Source: Cyanophora paradoxa CCMP329
Lineage: Eukaryota; Plantae; Glaucophyta
Length of the DNA stretch: 64,000 bases
Assembly: GCA_004431415.1 (NCBI GenBank)
Contig: QPMI01000602.1
Location: forward strand, 186,001-250,000
Direction: 5' to 3'
The translations under genes were made by a program, and so were the position numbers. The notes under the pieces were generated by a model. It made no database searches. It was not told where the DNA came from and saw only the letters and a list, made by a program, of their open reading frames with translations. Positions 1 through 13,634 of the stretch are shown in pieces (position 1 is the stretch's first letter; every line of letters begins with the position of its first letter).

Positions 1-1
1 T

Positions 2-115
2 CCGCGCGCGGAAGTCATCAACGGCCGTGTGGCAATGCTGGGACTGCTCCTTGGCTGGCTCACGGAGCGCATCACAGGCTTCACGTTCCTGGAACAGATT
101 GGGCTCGGAAACTAA
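2..115 (+). CDS. 3' end of HLIP/OHP/SEP-type light-harvesting-like protein (starts before the window)
   Basis: Frame 2 reads PRAEVINGRVAMLGLLLGWLTERITGFTFLEQIGLGN*, containing the chlorophyll-binding motif ExxNGRxAMxG. Too short for the ORF track. Confidence 0.85.
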   Translation, partial: PRAEVINGRVAMLGLLLGWLTERITGFTFLEQIGLGN

Positions 116-149
116 TAACTTTCTTCTCCCCCTTGTGCATTTTTGTCTT

Positions 150-361
150 CTCGTAATCGTAATCAAAAGACGTCCGACCTAAGCTCAGTCATCCAACCCC
201 TAATCGTAATCGTAACTCAGTAATTCAAAGACGCCCAACCCCCCATGATCAGGGCCTTATCGTAATATTAATTCAAAGACGTCCGACCTAACTTAGTAAG
301 CTCAGCCACATGGTCAGCCAACCCCTAATTATATAATCGTAATCGTAACTCAGTAATTCAA
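150..361. repeat. Short degenerate repeat cluster
   Basis: TAATCGTAATCGTAACTCAGTAATTCAA at 201-228 and 334-361; AAAGACGTCCGACCTAA twice; a related motif recurs at ~10335-10375. Confidence 0.7.
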
Positions 362-1489
362 TCCTGTACACAGCGATTACAGTGCACATCCTATGCATAG
401 AAACAAGGGGGAATTTGGGAGGATAGCATTTGGACACGAAGATCGCAACGTCCGGGCCGCCGGGCTACATGTACAAGTGCTAATGTGGAATGTGCACTGC
501 TGCAGCTGCAGGCCAGCCCGGGCTGAGCCCAACGTTAACAAGCTTAAGCTCGCACCCTCGCCGGGGGAGCCCAGCTAGGCCTCGCGATCAGAGTACGTAT
601 AGGAGGTTGTTGATTTCCGTAGTTCATTTATATTAATATTATATATAGCTAGGAGAGAGAGAGAAATGCAGTAGACACATCCACGCCAGCAAGACTGGGT
701 ATGACAAAGCCGCAGAGGCCCCGAATGGGACGTGCAAGGCCCGTCAGGGACCCACTAGCGTGGGGAGTGAGTGGAAGCCACGTACAGGACCCTGGGCCAC
801 CACCCCCAGGGCTATAGCTAGGCCTATAGCTATAGCTAGGCCTTTAAATTTGGCGGTCATCGGATGCCGTCACGATCATTGATCTTGCCAAGTTGAATTG
901 ATGCCGTGATGCTGTCGGATGCCATTGGAGGCTTGACTCAGTGAGCTGTTAAGACGATCGAGCAGGTATACGTACCGGTACCGGTGCATGTGGAGACTAT
1001 ATAATATATATATATCTTAGTATCACTGTACATGTCTCATGGCATCAAAAGTCATGTGGCAATCACTGAATTGTGCATGCCATGCATATGATGCATTGCT
1101 CTGAGCTCGAGGCTCCGGGCCTCGCTGCTGCCAGGGCCCCGGCTGCCGCAGTGCGCCTGGTCCTTACTCTTACCTCCCGTACTCCCATTCCCGGTTCCTG
1201 GAACAGTTTGGGCTCAGAGACCTATGACTTTCTTCGAACTCTCCGATCATTTAATTCATCATATGAAGATGATTTGGGTTGGACGGGAGGTTGCCCAGAT
1301 TTGGACTCTCCATAGAGGCCCGCGGGAATGGCAGCCGTAGTGTACATCCCACACTTGTCACTTGCGATTGAAGTACGTGTCCAAATGCTTTAAAGAAAGG
1401 CCTACGAATACATGCGACGCGGCCACAGTGTACATCCCACACTTGTAGCCCGGACTTGCGTAACCAAATAATGGAAAAGTTGGAAAAGG

Positions 1490-4400
1490 TCAGCCAGTGT
1501 TACGGAGGCCAAGCGAGACAGCATTGATGGTCCTGAGGAGCATATCAACCGAATAACAGGCAAGCAAAGAACACAAACTGCCCCACCTGAGAAGGGGGTC
1601 CATCCACACCTTCCGCTCCTCTGGAGGAAGATCACGGCACCGCCGGAGAAGAACAAGTTGAATATAATTGAGAGGGTCGAGGTACATGTTGCGTCTCGCA
1701 AGTGAAAGAGCCCCAGCGGGGTCCTCCTCCATTAGACTAACAAGGTGCCCAGTCATGGTGATCTGCGTCATTAGTTCAGTGAGGATTGTAAAGCGGCACA
1801 AGCGGAAAGCATACCTGTGTGGAAGTACGTTCATACTCTGCACGGATGAGGGAGTAGATGCTGTCCTGCACGATGGGATCCTTGCAAAGTTTAGCATATT
1901 CACGAGCAATGTTCATTTCAGTCTTGAACATGGCCATCTGACTGTTGGAGAGCAGCGCAGAGAGGAATGGGAAGTTCTTGTACATTTCCCTGCAAAGAAC
2001 AAAACCTCAGGATCAAACAAAAACGCAATACCTGGTGGTGCACACCTAAGCTTCGCAAGGCGACCATATTTGTGAATGCCCTCAGGGTCTTCTGCACGCC
2101 ACTGCAGGATGGCTGCATTCACAGAGTCAGGTCTCACCGAATGTGTTTTTGGCAAAAGAATCAGATCCTTACCACTTCCAATGCCATACCATGCTGGCAA
2201 TGTGTGCCGGCTCTGGGCCCAACCGAAGACCCTGTGGGAACCGTTGATTGGAGATTCACTGAGAAAGCGCATAAAACCACGGACCACGGAATGGCACGGA
2301 CAGAGCCGAGGCTGCGATCACCCTTCTTGCGATGGGATGGCCGCGAGCCGATGTTCAACAGACCAATTTCGTTGACTGGAGTAGCCTGCAGACAATAGAT
2401 TGATGGAGTCTGCACTGTCACGAAGAAGTTGGATTGCATACCTCGTAAAAGTAGTCAAGAAAGTTGGAATCCTCCAGTAATGTCCGGTAGGCCTTCTCTG
2501 AGTGGTTTGACAGCTCTTCCATGATCTGTGTGTACTCGTTGTTCTCCTGGGCACGCTTGGTGATGGAAGTTTTCAGGAGCCCCGATAGCCCCATTGTCAA
2601 CTCGTATGCTGCTGTTTCCTGCGAAGGGAGATGTTAGAATTCAATCTGCAAGAACAAATGCATGCGTGCTCACGATGTTGCTGTACTGCACAAACAGATT
2701 GTCAAATATTCGAACATACAGTAATAGAAATTAATGCGCAGCACCTTGTAGGTGATGACCTCTCCCTGCTCTGTAAACTTGATGCGCCCCTTGACAGTTC
2801 CCGGTGGCTGAGCCATTATAGCGTGGTGAGTTGGGCCGCCACCACGGCCAACACTGCCTCCGCGTCCATGGAAGACACGGATCTAAAACAGATGCCCACT
2901 CAGTCAAAGCCGGTGACACTTAAAACAAAAGCACATACATTGATGCCGTATTTTTCGGACAGGTCGGCCAGGTTCAACTGGGCTTCGTAGAGCTTCCAGG
3001 ACGACGTCAGAATGCCACCATCCTTGCAGCTATCACTGTAACCGAGCATGATTTCCTATGTTAAAGCCACAGTCAGCATAGTCACACAGAACAAGGCTCA
3101 GTCATGAACCTGCAGGCTTCCCGATGCAGCAAGGAGTTGGCTGTAGACTGGGTTTTCACAGAGCTGCAGACAGGTGAGGAACAGATAGAAATCCTCAATG
3201 CAACAATTACGTGCACGCACGAGGGACATAACCTCAACCATATTGTTAAGATCCTCTACCGTCTCAAAAAGAGGGGTGACCTTGAGATTGCAGACCCACT
3301 GCTCATCCTCATCTGCTCCTGGCTCGGGCTTACGAACAAGGCCTGCGAGCTTGGCCATAAACATAACCTGCGTTCAAGGTGAGCAAAGTGCCCACATAGT
3401 GCAGAGACAACAAGACACCTCCAAAACGTTGGAAGCAGATGTGGTCATGGAAATGACATATGAACCAAAGACACGAGGACTAATCTCATCCCGCATCTTC
3501 ACGACGACATCGAAAACTGAAGAAAGGATTCAGAGGCGGTGCGTAAAGTTCGCAGGATGTTCATGCGTACCATCGAGGGTCTCAATGGTCTCCGATGTGA
3601 GCTTAGAACGATCGAACTTGAGAGGTTTGTCAGAAGCTATCAACTCCGAAAGGATGGCAACACGCTGGTGCTCTGGCATGTCGGCATAGCCCTTCCGACC
3701 AGCTGCGTCAAGAAGCTCGGCAACCGCGCTGACATGGCGGGAAGAGTGTTGGCGGATGTCCAGCTCCTGCGAAAAAGGGTCAGCATCTGTGGCAAAAAGA
3801 AAGGCTGTCACATACCTGGAGGTGGAAGCCGAATGTTTCAGCAAGGCGGATGATGTCCTTGATCTTGGACTCCGCGATGCCGAAGGCACCATGGCTAACA
3901 AGGGAGTCGCGAATGCAATAGAGGTCCTCCAAGAACGCATGGTCGTTGGGGTACACTAGCGCAGAGCCAGGGCTACTCATTGCAGCCTTCAAGTCCTCGT
4001 CCGTCGCCTGGGAGTCACAGAGAACTTCCAGCTGGTTAACTCGCTGCTCAAGACGATGAGTCATCATGCAGAGCTTGCGGCGGTACGGCTCGCGGCTGTA
4101 GCGCTCGGGATCATCACCGAAAATCTGCAGAGCTGTTGAGACCAAACCGGCGAAGCCTTGAAGAATCGAACTCAAATGCGGTTACCCCAAGGCCGGACTT
4201 CAGGTTGGTGGCATGAGCGGCGGCCTCAGAGTCGCGCTCAATGGACATGAGAAGCTCCTCCGAGACCTTGCAGAACTGGCTCGAATGTGAAATCTCATGG
4301 GCTAGCGCGGCCATCCGGCGGATGTACTCGCGAATGATCCTGTAAGACCATGAGCACGAGCCGCGAAACAGAGAGCATGCGACGCACTCCCGAGACTGCA

Positions 4401-5806
4401 GGCGGCAGGCCATGGTAGTGACAGCGGGAGTCACGAAGGGGTTCCCGTCTCTGGTTCGGAGAGAGAGTGAGCCTCTTGCATGTCTTAAAGACTGCATCAT
4501 CCGCGCACCGGTCACCGCCGATCCAGGAGCCAAACCGGAGAATAGTTGGGACCCGCAGCGGGGTCCCCATTTCGTCTCCATAGATCCGATCGAGGGCCCG
4601 CTCAAGATAACGGTAGCTACTTCGCCTCAAAAAAAAGAAAAAAAGAAACGGGAGGGAAAACATACGTCTGGAGCGTTGCCGAAAACAGCGACTCCCTGAA
4701 GTAAAAAAGGCCTGCGTGCAGGCAAAAAACACTGTTTCATACTAACAAGGAAGATAAAGAAAACCACACACCATTCTTGACCTCATCGCGGACCTGGGGC
4801 CGCTGGGTGCGGAGTTCGTCCGTGCACCAAAGGACGTGGATTTCGGACTCCAAGTACTTCATGGTTTCCTCCTTGTCCCCCTTGGACATACGGGGGTCGT
4901 CGAGGCTCTCGGAGAGTTTGTAGATGCGTCGGAGGCACTCCATGGTCGTCCGGCGCCGCGACTCAGTCGGATGAGCGGTCAGAACGGGAATGTACTCTAC
5001 GAAAGCAGTTAAGTAATGTAGATGCTATTTGGCGGGAGGGTGCTAGCAGGCCGTACCCAAGGAATCGAGGAGTTTCTGCATCTGTTTCTGAGAGACCCCC
5101 TTGGCACGGAACTCGCGTACTGTATGGTCGAAGCTCCCGAACCAGAGCGGCTGATCATAGGCGAGCTTCTTCACGAGCCGCCTCCGCGTTCGGTGTTTAA
5201 TCTGCTCCTCCGCAACCGCCAGGAGGTTGAAGTACACGTTGAACGCGCGTACCACGTCACGCACTGTTTGGAAGATGTTGTGATAGAGGGTAAAACAACG
5301 AAAAAGTAACGCGCGCACCGGCCGTCGGGTCCAGTTTGTATATGTAACGCTGCAGCATTGCGCGCTGGGCTGGGTTCTCTTCCTGCACGACGCATGACAC
5401 ATGCGCTTCGGGATCGCGACAGCACGCGCGCCTTTCGGAGAGAAATGAAGCCCTTGCGGAGAGTCTCTACCGCCTCCAGCACTCCCGTGCCAGCGGATTC
5501 GCGCAGGACCTGCGCGGAGGTCAAGCTCTCATCGAAGCGCGCGACAACTCCAGAAGCGAGCCTTGTCGAGAAGGCTGGAGAGAATCTTGAGCTTTTGCTT
5601 GATTTCCCGTTCCTCGCGCGCAGACTCGATAGTGGCTGCTTCTAGCTCCCCAGCATCCTCGAGCTGGCGGCTTCAGGATTAGCGCGATGCCTTCCGATCG
5701 GCGCGGAGCGCTATCAAACCTTGACGCTCAGCGCCTGGAGGCTCTCAAGATTGTGCTCGGGGCCACCGATCGGAGGGGGCGAGACCGACCGGGCGCGCGG
5801 AGCCAT
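1490..5806 (-). CDS. ppc: Phosphoenolpyruvate carboxylase, multi-exon
   Basis: Exons carry [52 protein letters not shown] and the C-terminal GLRNTG*. Likely start [12 protein letters not shown] at 5806. Confidence 0.95.
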
Positions 5807-6329
5807 ACAAAAAATCTCTCGCCGCGGTGCGCGCTGGAACTGACTAGTTCTGCGAGACGAGAAGAGAGATATTAAGGCACTGAATGGCCGGCGCAAGGGC
5901 ATCTACAGAGCAGACCTAACCGAGGTCGACGAAACGGGTGCCCCAAGAAATCGGCTTCGCAGCACATTGCGCGAGCTGTGCTGAACGGTGCAAACATCTG
6001 AATCTGCTCCCGGAACGCAGCGGGAGGCCGCCGTGCCGGCGGGCGCCGGCGCAGGTGCCAAGAACGCCATGGGCTCCGGAGCAACGCGCCGGATGGCGTC
6101 GGAAGAACGGCCGCTACAAAGGCGCTTCGATCCCGTGCGATACTGCAGCGGCCGCGCCGCGGCCTTTCCGATCGAGCGTTATCGTACCCCCAAGAACGAA
6201 AAGGCAGCGCACGCGCCGCGCGCGGTGCCGGTCTTGTCGCTTTCTATTGTCGCTGCGCGCGGTGGTCGCTTTCTAGCGGCCACCGGAAGGGTCGGCGGGC
6301 CTCGGTTGCAGGTTCTCGCGTGTTCTGAT

Positions 6330-9234
6330 ATGTACCCCTTTCCCGACGTTGGATTCAAAGCTGGCGGCTTTGCCGGGCCTCGCCGAGCCTTCGCAGTGCC
6401 GCAGAGCGACTCGCAGCAGTGTCTTCAGCGCAGTTCAAGCGGGGCAGCCACCTTGAGCACAGTAGCCGTCAAGCAAGGGGCAGCGACTGCCAGCAAGGGG
6501 CGCGCATCAGAGCGGCGCAGTGCACGCCCTGAACACGCGAGCTAGAGCGGCGACACCCAACGCGCTTCTTCTGCCAGGAAGCTTGTCGCGGCCCGGTCGA
6601 CCAGCCTCGCCCAGCTTGCTGCAGCACTCAGGGCGTTTCTACGTTAGCCAGGCAAGCGCTGCAGCGCTCAGGGAGTGCTGCGGATGGAGGAAGAAATCAT
6701 TAGGTTGCGGGAGGAGAACGATGCCTTTGCGAACAACTTCGAAATCGTGCGCCGCGGCGCGTTGACGTTCGCCTCGCTTGCTTACGATCAACCGGGCGGG
6801 CGGGCAGCTGAAGGAGGCGCACATCAAGCTTCAAGATGAGAACAAAGAGTTGAGGGCGCAAGTTGCCGAGATCGCCGAGCAGAAGGCGCGTGCTTTTCGT
6901 CCGCATGCGCTTGCTAGGGCCGATGTCCGGTGCAGTTAGCCTCGGAGCGGATGCATGACGAGATGCTCCGCTCGTGGAAGGTCGAGCTCGAACGCAAGGC
7001 ATTCGAGTTCGATGAGTTGCGCTCGCAGGTGGTCCCGCAACGGTGTGCCTTTCTTTCTGCAGATGATTGCTGCCACCGATTTCGTCGCCGCTCTGCAGTG
7101 AGCTTGAAGTAGCGCGATTGAAGGTGATTGAGGAACTGGAAGCCCCTCATCGAGAGAAATGCCAGGCCCTCGAACGGGTGCATGGGCATTTTTAGAATTT
7201 ATTAATTGTAAATGAACGCCTACCACAGGAAATTGAACGGTATCAAGACATGGCAATGCGGCTGCGGCGGGAGCATGAACTTCTAAAGCTCCATCTTGAA
7301 AGCACGGTGCACAGTTCCCTGCTTGTCCCTGAAGCTGGATTGCTTCTGAAATTTCATACAGATGCAGGAGCACGCTAAACAGTTTGAGGAATTCACCCTG
7401 GAGCGGGATGCAGCCTTCAAAGTACTCTCAGAGAGAAACCGATTCCTGGAAGAAGCGCTTGGTGCACATTACGATCAGTTTTTAGAATGCCTATTCTAAT
7501 AGCACGCAAACAGAGAAGCAGGTTGACGACGATCGGCTTAGGATGCTCCAGCGCGAAAATGCGGAACTTGCCAACAGATTGAGCGCGCTCACAGATGAGA
7601 TTTTCGATATCAGGTGATCATCTTTCGATTGCGGTTGTCACTATTTTTTATGCATCTTGTGTAGAACCGCGAAGGAGGCCATTCGTGTTGATAAGGAGCA
7701 GTTAGTTGCGTCTCACAATACAGCTCTGAATGACCGTGATCTTACGATTAAGAACTTGTTCCTTGAAAAAGATGCTCTTGTTCGCAAGGTTCTTGTGTTT
7801 CGCATTTTGTTGCCCGATTGCTTGTTTTTGAATCTTGCACAGATGCAGCAGTATGAATCAGCCCACCGAGAATCCAGCCAAGAGCTGGAGCTTCTGCGAA
7901 ATCAAGTTACTTCGCTTGAGACACAGCTGAGCCAAATGCGGATCGAGCTTGAGCAGTCTCATCGGATGCACCAGTGCGGTTATGGCTAGGTGAAGATAGT
8001 CAAAACGATCTCTGAATGGCTCTCGCAGGGCAGACAAGGCCATGCTTCAGAATGCACTTATGGAGCGACAGAGGGAATGGAGTGCGGTCAGAGACGAGCT
8101 TGTCGGCCATGCAGACAGCCTTTCAACGTTCGTCTGTGTTTGTTTGTACTCTGAGTGATCCAAGCACACAGATTTCTTAAATTGCGAACTGATTTTCAGG
8201 CGCCTGGAGGAGATGGAAGCCCTTCTTGCATCACGCCTGGAGCAGGCTGAAGTGGATGCAGCAGATCGGATTCAAAGAGTGCGGGTTGAAGAGGCCGAAC
8301 GGAGAAAGCGATTGGAGCAGGTCTGGTAATGACACTTGTGGATTACGCACAGTGCTGAGCCATTAATACGAAAACAGGACCGAGCAAATCTACAACAGGA
8401 GGTGGCTGCATTGGAAGCAGTCAAAGGAGATGCGCAAACAGCTCTGCAAGATGAGGTTGATCAGCTAACGAAGGAGCTCGAGAGCATCAAGGGACAGCTG
8501 CGAAATTCGGAGGCTAGCTGTACTGTGCTGCAGGAAAAGAACAGCAGATTGATCGCCCAGGTGACCTTACCGCCTAATTTTTTACCGCTTGCTTGTTAAA
8601 TGGCTGGTAGGTTGACGAAATGCGCTGTGATGTGGAACGGATCTCTTCAACTTTGCAGGAGGTGCAAGCGGAGTACATAAGACTGCAGGAGATGCATCAA
8701 AAGCTGCTTCACAACGAGTCGTCTGCAGTGTTCGTATTTTCCAATTTCTGGATGTTTTGTGGGTGTTCATTGTCCAATCATTGTTTGCAGTCGGCAGGTG
8801 GACGAGTTAACTGGAAAGGTTCGACAGTTGCAAGACGAACTACTTGCAGCACTTTCGATTACGGAAACCACGAAATCTCAAGCAGTGGAGTTGGTGGAGA
8901 TTGCAAAAGTAGGAGTGCAACCCTGTACATCACACATTTCCATGTTCCAACCTCTGTACGCAGGGCAAATGGGCTGCTGAACGCACCAGGCTTTTGGAAG
9001 AGATCGAGAGGAAAGACTCAGACATAACTTCACTGCGGGCAGATCTGAAGCGCTGCATAGCACGATCCATGAAGGTATGCGACCCATACAATGCGCCACA
9101 CCCAAAATCTTACCATGTTCTCTCAGCGAAAGCACAAATATCAACAAAAACTTCGGGTGGCTATAAGTGAGTTGGAATCTCTTAAGAGGGCGTTGTCAGG
9201 AACAGCAGAACCTGGACCCTTTGAGAGTAGGTAG
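6330..9234 (+). CDS. CEP83: Coiled-coil centriolar distal-appendage protein, CEP83/CCDC41-like, multi-exon
   Basis: Spliced product includes NNFEI-LKEAHIKLQDE and LEVARLKVIEELEAPHREKCQALEREIERYQDMAMRLRREHELLK, matching the CEP83 N-terminal pattern as I recall it. Start codon uncertain. Confidence 0.7.
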
Positions 9235-10432
9235 TTTAGTATTTGGACACGAACTACGCATTTGTGTGGACGAAGTGTGGGATGTTTACGCATTTGAACA
9301 CGTACTAAAACGCAGGTCCGGGCTACAAGTGTGGGAATGTACACTGCGGCCTCCGCGTCCGCGGGCCCAGCCCACCAGCAAGCTGGCCGGCCGGGCCCTG
9401 CGTGGCCCCCTAAGGAGAGTGATGCGCCTCCCCGCGGAAACTCTAGCTAGCTAGAGCTACATGTGCCCGCACGTGCACGGCGTGGTGCATACATCGCGTC
9501 TTGTGGCGGCGGGGGGTCGTCGACGTCTCGGGGCGGTGGCGGGAGCCCCCTACGGAGCATATGCATGTCTGCTTCGATTCTAATTATAATTCTAGATCTA
9601 GCGCTAGCTACTAGGCTATATAGCTATATATATATATATATAGATCTAGATCTGATATCAATTTAACATCGATCATCTGACAGTGATCATCGGATATCGA
9701 TCTCAGATCTAGAGTCTGGCGGCAGTTCGACCGACTTGGCGATGATCATATATAATCATGACCGCGCACACGCCGTGACGCTCTGCTGCATGCACATGTG
9801 CGCATGCACTGCGGCATGCACACATGCGTGCATATGCATGCGCATGCATGCATATGGCCGGATGCGCAGATGCTGATTCATTAATTTGCAAATTGCATTG
9901 GAAAGATGCCGCAGTGCCTCATTTGCTCGAGCTCGAGGCCTAGGGCCGGGCCTCGGGGTTCGCGTGTTTACGTACGTCACGGACAGATCCTCGGATCATC
10001 GGATGACAGATGCTGACTCATTTGCTCGAGCTCGAGGGCCGGGCCTCGGGGTTCGTGCGTATACTAGTATATGTACGTGCTCGACTCGGCGATCGCGATC
10101 GCGAGCTCGACAGTATACCGTAGTACGTACTCAGTGACTGAAAAAATCAACCCAGCGGGGGTATGCGTATCAGGTCAGGCCAAAATAGTGCCACGGTGCC
10201 CGAGCTCGCTTGGTAGCGCCGTGGTTCTCCGCAGAGACTCGCTTGTTCTCAGGAAAAAAGATCGTGGCGAAGACGTCGAAGACCGTAACTATATGCCGAG
10301 CCGTTTTTAGATTGGATACTGGTGGCATCGCAAACAAAGACGTCCTAATCGTAATCGCAACCAAAGACGTTCTACCTAGCTTCGCCCTGGGGGCTGGACT
10401 TCACCTTGGTATTCTCTAGCTAAATTTGAAAT

Positions 10433-13428
10433 TCATCTCCGAGCGCCCTTTGTGGTCCCATTCTGATTGTATCGATTAATGTAGCCGCCCTTTTCCCTGT
10501 CCGAATCCTCCTCGTCGGATTTCTTGGCAGTGACTCGGGTTGTCCTCCGCCCCAGTTCCCGAATGACGGCCTCCTTCTGTTCACCTCGAATCCGGCCTGC
10601 GATGGCACTTTTTCTGCAAGAAATTTGCGTGAGTTCACACTCATTCGTCATGGATGTTTACACACTCTTTATTGAGGGCCTCCAAAAGCTTCTGTTCCCG
10701 GATCCCCTTCGGATTCAGTGCAGCAATGAGCAGCTCAATCTGACGTGATCAAAAGGCAATCAGCTGTTGCGACCGTGTGTCATTCCAGTGCAAGAATAAA
10801 CACACCTCATCTTGGCCACTGTAGCAGCTCCAAGAATCGTTGCTCCTGCCTCCAACGAAAACACGAGGGTCCCAGCGGAAAGCCCAATACGTGTTGTGAT
10901 GTCGATCCTGACCCAGACATTTATGCCGAATCGACAGTTTGCTTCGAAGTGAAAAGTTGTCAGAGAGGGACACTTGAGCAATAACCGAACAGAGCACCTC
11001 AACTCGCGCTTGAACACCTCCATCCTTTTCCTGTGACTCTCGGCCTCCTGAACCATCTTCGCCTCCTCCTGTTATGGTGCACATGGTTACACACATGTTT
11101 ACCAGACAAATGACCTTCAAAGCGACGACGACATGCGTACTTGAAGCCGCTGCTTGCGTTCTGCCTCTTCCTTCCGGGCCTGCTCTCTGGATTGTTTTGC
11201 AGAACTGTTGCTTTTCGGATCCTTCTCGGCATCCTTGGAATCTTTGGCAAGGGCCTCCTGTCGTTTGATCTCTTCGAATTTCTTCTTCTTGTCACGATAC
11301 CCCGAATCGTATTGCCATTTTTCCTAAATTGATGTGAGCATGCCATCACGGCCTTCTGGTTCAGCAAGAGGAACCTTGCGCAGAACATCAGCTTGCAGTG
11401 TTATGTTGTCGATCTCATCACGAAGCAGAGAAGTGTCAAGGGCCTCATCGCCAAGGAACTTCAAAATCCTCTGCACACGAATGCATCAGCCCAATGCGAT
11501 AATGGGTCGACTAGCTGACCAGCTTGTCAGAGACAGCAAGTTGATTGTAAGCAGGGATGGTGTCTTCAAGCCAGATGATCATGTCTGAAGTCAAGTCGCC
11601 ATCCTATTGAAGCGAAACTAAGAGACAAGAAAGTCAAACCCTTTGAAAGGGATGTACCTTTTGAGCTTCTTTGAGATACTGAGAGAAACGTTTTCATGAG
11701 AGAAACGTTATGCTGAGAGATAGCGCATGATGAATACCTCACGAACTTGTCGTCTCCAGGAGGTGTGGTTGACCTCGCCCTCAGTGTCCCTGCTTTTCCT
11801 CTTCCCCCGAGAGCTCTTCTTTACCTCGCGTTTTCGTTCTTCTTCCTCTTCCGAATCTCCTTCAGTGGTGCTGTGGATAATATCTGTAACGTTAACAATA
11901 CTGCCAAGGGAAAGCAGTTTGCCACCTAGTGTGGAACTCCTCCTTGATATGCTTGAACAGTTGAACATGCAGCTGCTTTGACATAAGCATGGGAGAGGAG
12001 CAGAAGCTATGGGAAAGATGACCTCACCTCATTGAGCAAAACCGGATCATCACGTACGCTCGGAGGATCGAGGGCAGCAAGGAGCTGATCGTAAGTGAAA
12101 GGAGAAAGTTTCAACGCCTTCCCATATCGATCGATTAAGTCGCATAGGTAAATGAGATCGCCTGCATACTGCCCGGGGAATCAGCAGCTGTCAACCAAGC
12201 TGCTGTGTGTTTGGGTAGACAAACAGGCGGAAGTGGCATTGGTTTGGGAAGAGTCAAGAAGCGCCTGTCGTTAGACGTGTCCTTCAAGAGCTCTGCACAG
12301 GACAATTGGACGAGTTCAAAGAAAATCTACACGACTACGCACCCAAGTCCTCCATCGGGTACTTCTTGACTGGAGCAGCATCCCTCACTTCGGAGGGCCC
12401 GCTTTCAGGCTCAGTGCGCTGTTTCTTCTTTCTCCCTTCGTCCACAACTTTTTGGAGGTTGGGTGGAAGAGTTGAGGGGACGGTTGGAAATTCGGACACG
12501 ACCTTGGCCTGGCGAGGAAACAGTTTGAGATGGTGCAGGATAGTTTGCAGCGGAAGTGACTTGCCCGAACGATCCATGGCGCCTGGGGGTATGTGTCCTT
12601 GAAAGCTACCTCGCGAATCTTTTGTTTCTGCAGAAAGACATGATTCATACTCGCTGGATTTTCAGGTGCAATCCACGCACCAGAATTTGTTTCGAGAAGG
12701 GTGCTTTCGGCTTTCGCAACTGGGAGGAAGGCAGCGTCTTTGCCTCGCCACTGAAGTCTACCTCGTACTGAACGCGCTTGGGGGAGCTGTTGCCAGACTT
12801 CTTATACCAAGATCCTAGCACCCGTGTCACGCGGCCTGCCGAGCCTCTGCGCACACATGAGAAGACTCGAAGATCGAGGTCCAGGCTCCCACGCACGCGG
12901 TCGCGTCGCTCTCGCCCGCGAGATGAACCTCCTCCCCCTCGATGAACTCAGACTTGAACTCTAGGCCGGCGTGACGCGGGGCAAGCGCGTTTTCGTGCAG
13001 GCGACTCACTGTCATACACAATGTCGACGAGCTCGTTGAGCTGGCGCTGGCTGTGCTGGACGAGGAACAGCACTGCACGACACGTGAGGCGCGACCGGGT
13101 CCGCGGGGGGTGTACCAAAGCATACGCACGCGGCTCCATCCACGCGCGCGGGAAATCCACCTTGGCTTGCGCTGCCCGTTGTGTGAGAAGGGCCTGCTCG
13201 TACGTGAGACCGCTCTTTCCCGTCACCGGGCACGACCTGTATTCATTTCAGATTGCGACGCGCCAGCCCGCTTCCGTCGAAGCGGCGCAACATTGCACAC
13301 CATATCGGCAGGCGGTAGCGGATGACAGTGTCCGCGTACTGCTCGTAGTCGCGGAACTCCTCGCCCGTGAAACGCACCGTGAATCCCTCGCTCTCATCGT
13401 CGTCAGCTGAGCTCGAGCGCTTCGGCAT
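10433..13428 (-). CDS. WAC + DDT + WHIM domain ISWI-complex subunit (ACF1/BAZ1/Itc1-like), multi-exon
   Basis: WAC motif FTVRFTGEEFRDYEQY...CPVTGKSGLTYEQAL; DDT-like GDLIYLCDLIDRYGKALKLSPFTYDQLLAAL; WHIM2-like LGQDRHHNTYWAF. Confidence 0.85.
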
Positions 13429-13634
13429 ATTTGAATGCGCCGTGCGCGCCGGAAGCTCGCGGGCTCCACTACACCAAGATGCGCTTCTCCCGTTTGCACG
13501 CGAGGGTGGCGCGTGAGTTTGGGGCAAAGAAGCCCGCGAAATCTGGGTACGACAAAATCACGTTTGAACGAGTCTCCCGGCGGCCGTTCGAACGAGCCTC
13601 CGAGCGATGATGAGCCCGTGAAACATCGCATCGC

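Noticed and set aside
150-361. Possible CRISPR array or telomeric repeat (AACCCCTAA)
   Set aside because: Irregular spacing, no unique spacers, no tandem telomere units, eukaryotic context.
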